Below are positions 46,533 through 47,192 of a DNA stretch of 47,192 nucleotides, in pieces. The stretch spans positions 1 to 47,192 of the forward strand of contig JBOFXU010000262.1 in assembly GCA_051654305.1 (NCBI GenBank). Direction: 5' to 3'. Each line of letters starts with the position of its first letter. Position 1 is the stretch's first letter. Source of the DNA: Bacteroidales bacterium. Lineage in GTDB: Bacteria; Bacteroidota; Bacteroidia; Bacteroidales; UBA7332. The notes below the pieces were generated by a model. It had not been told where the DNA came from, ran no database searches, and was given only the letters and a program-made list of their open reading frames with translations. The translations under genes and the position numbers were made by a program.

Positions 46533-47135
46533 ATGAAAAACGTGAACTATCTAATCAATGGGGGTCTCGCTGCAGCTGTTGTAGCGCTTTTTGTTATGCA
46601 ATTCTCTAACAAGAAAGCATCAGATAACACTACTCCTGCCTCTACTACACCTGTTGCTGCAGAGGTTGTACTTCCAATCGCATATATCGATGTAGATTCA
46701 TTGTTGAAAAACTACAATCTTGCACACGATATCAGCGAAACATTAATCCGTAAACAAGAGACGAGCCGTGCGAATCTTAACGAAAAAGCACGTCAGCTTG
46801 AAGCGGAAATGAAAGAATTTCAACGCAAAATCGAGAATAACGCTTTCCTTTCACGCGAAAGAGCAGAAGCGGAGCAAAACCGTTTGATGCGCAAACAACA
46901 AGAACTTCAGGAGTTGGATCAACGTCTGAGTGTTGATTTCATGAACGAGCAACAAAAAATGAATCAACAGATTCGCGACTCGATCAACAACTACATCAAC
47001 CAGTACAATGCTGCTAAGAAATTCCATATGATTATCAGCAATACTAACAACGACAACCTGCTTTATGCCGACAAAGCATACGATATCACGAAAGAAATCG
47101 TTAGCGGCTTGAACACAAGATATACAAAAAAATAA
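46533..47135 (+). CDS. OmpH/Skp-family periplasmic chaperone
   Basis: 200 aa with an N-terminal hydrophobic signal/anchor. A long charged coiled-coil (RKQETSRANLNEKARQLEAEMKEFQRKIEN...EAEQNRLMRKQQELQELDQRL) is typical of OmpH. Confidence 0.82.
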   Translation: MKNVNYLINGGLAAAVVALFVMQFSNKKASDNTTPASTTPVAAEVVLPIAYIDVDSLLKNYNLAHDISETLIRKQETSRANLNEKARQLEAEMKEFQRKIENNAFLSRERAEAEQNRLMRKQQELQELDQRLSVDFMNEQQKMNQQIRDSINNYINQYNAAKKFHMIISNTNNDNLLYADKAYDITKEIVSGLNTRYTKK

Positions 47136-47157
47136 TTTCAAGCATTTGAAATTTTAA

Positions 47158-47189
47158 GAGCAACCCTACACCGGTTGCTCTTTTTTTTT
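47158..47189 (+). terminator. Rho-independent terminator after ompH
   Basis: GAGCAACC (47158..47165) pairs with GGTTGCTC (47173..47180), then a 9-nt T run. Confidence 0.85.
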
Positions 47190-47192
47190 GCT

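Noticed and set aside
1-47192. Scan for CRISPR arrays, tRNA/rRNA genes, IS elements, integrases, phage or defence genes
   Set aside because: None was found by eye. All intergenic regions are short or AT-rich without direct repeats, and every large ORF has a housekeeping, envelope or efflux assignment. A tRNAscan, Rfam or ISfinder run would be needed to exclude small elements formally.

Overview
This 47.2-kb window looks like ordinary chromosome from a Bacteroidales-type (phylum Bacteroidota) bacterium. Supporting evidence: a susC/susD pair, a lipoprotein TamA variant (TamL) next to TamB, pyruvate phosphate dikinase, several lipobox lipoproteins, and repeated matches to the Bacteroides -7 promoter box TAnnTTTG in front of genes.

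I call 39 protein-coding genes, densely packed and mostly on the minus strand. Left to right:
- Partial susD-like and susC-like genes, then ppdK.
- A five-gene selenium operon: selU, yedF, a class-V desulfurase/selenocysteine-lyase-like gene, DUF3343, selD.
- NlpC/P60 peptidase, bactofilin, folB, and a DUF4831-like secreted protein.
- A TetR / TolC / HlyD / ABC-2 / ABC-2 efflux operon with no ATPase gene.
- An RND adaptor / pump / TolC operon.
- A monocistronic, divergent KamA-family radical SAM gene.
- tamB and tamL.
- An ftsB-like gene, a small membrane protein, ilvA, serC, serA.
- A 580-bp ORF-free gap.
- An S41 peptidase, then a tight pepD / beta-helix lipoprotein / EEP / HAD operon.
- A small membrane protein and ompH/skp.

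By eye I found no rRNA, tRNA, CRISPR array, transposase, integrase, phage gene, toxin-antitoxin pair or recognisable defence gene. I do not see a compelling new multi-gene system. The most system-like, incompletely understood pieces are:
- the selenium operon, in which the roles of YedF, DUF3343 and the lyase-like protein are unresolved;
- the orphan KamA-like radical SAM enzyme;
- the ATPase-less ABC-2 efflux operon;
- the GC-elevated pepD / beta-helix / EEP / HAD operon;
- the ORF-free gap enclosed by two terminators.

All family assignments come from reading motifs in the translations and from memory of the families. No searches were run.
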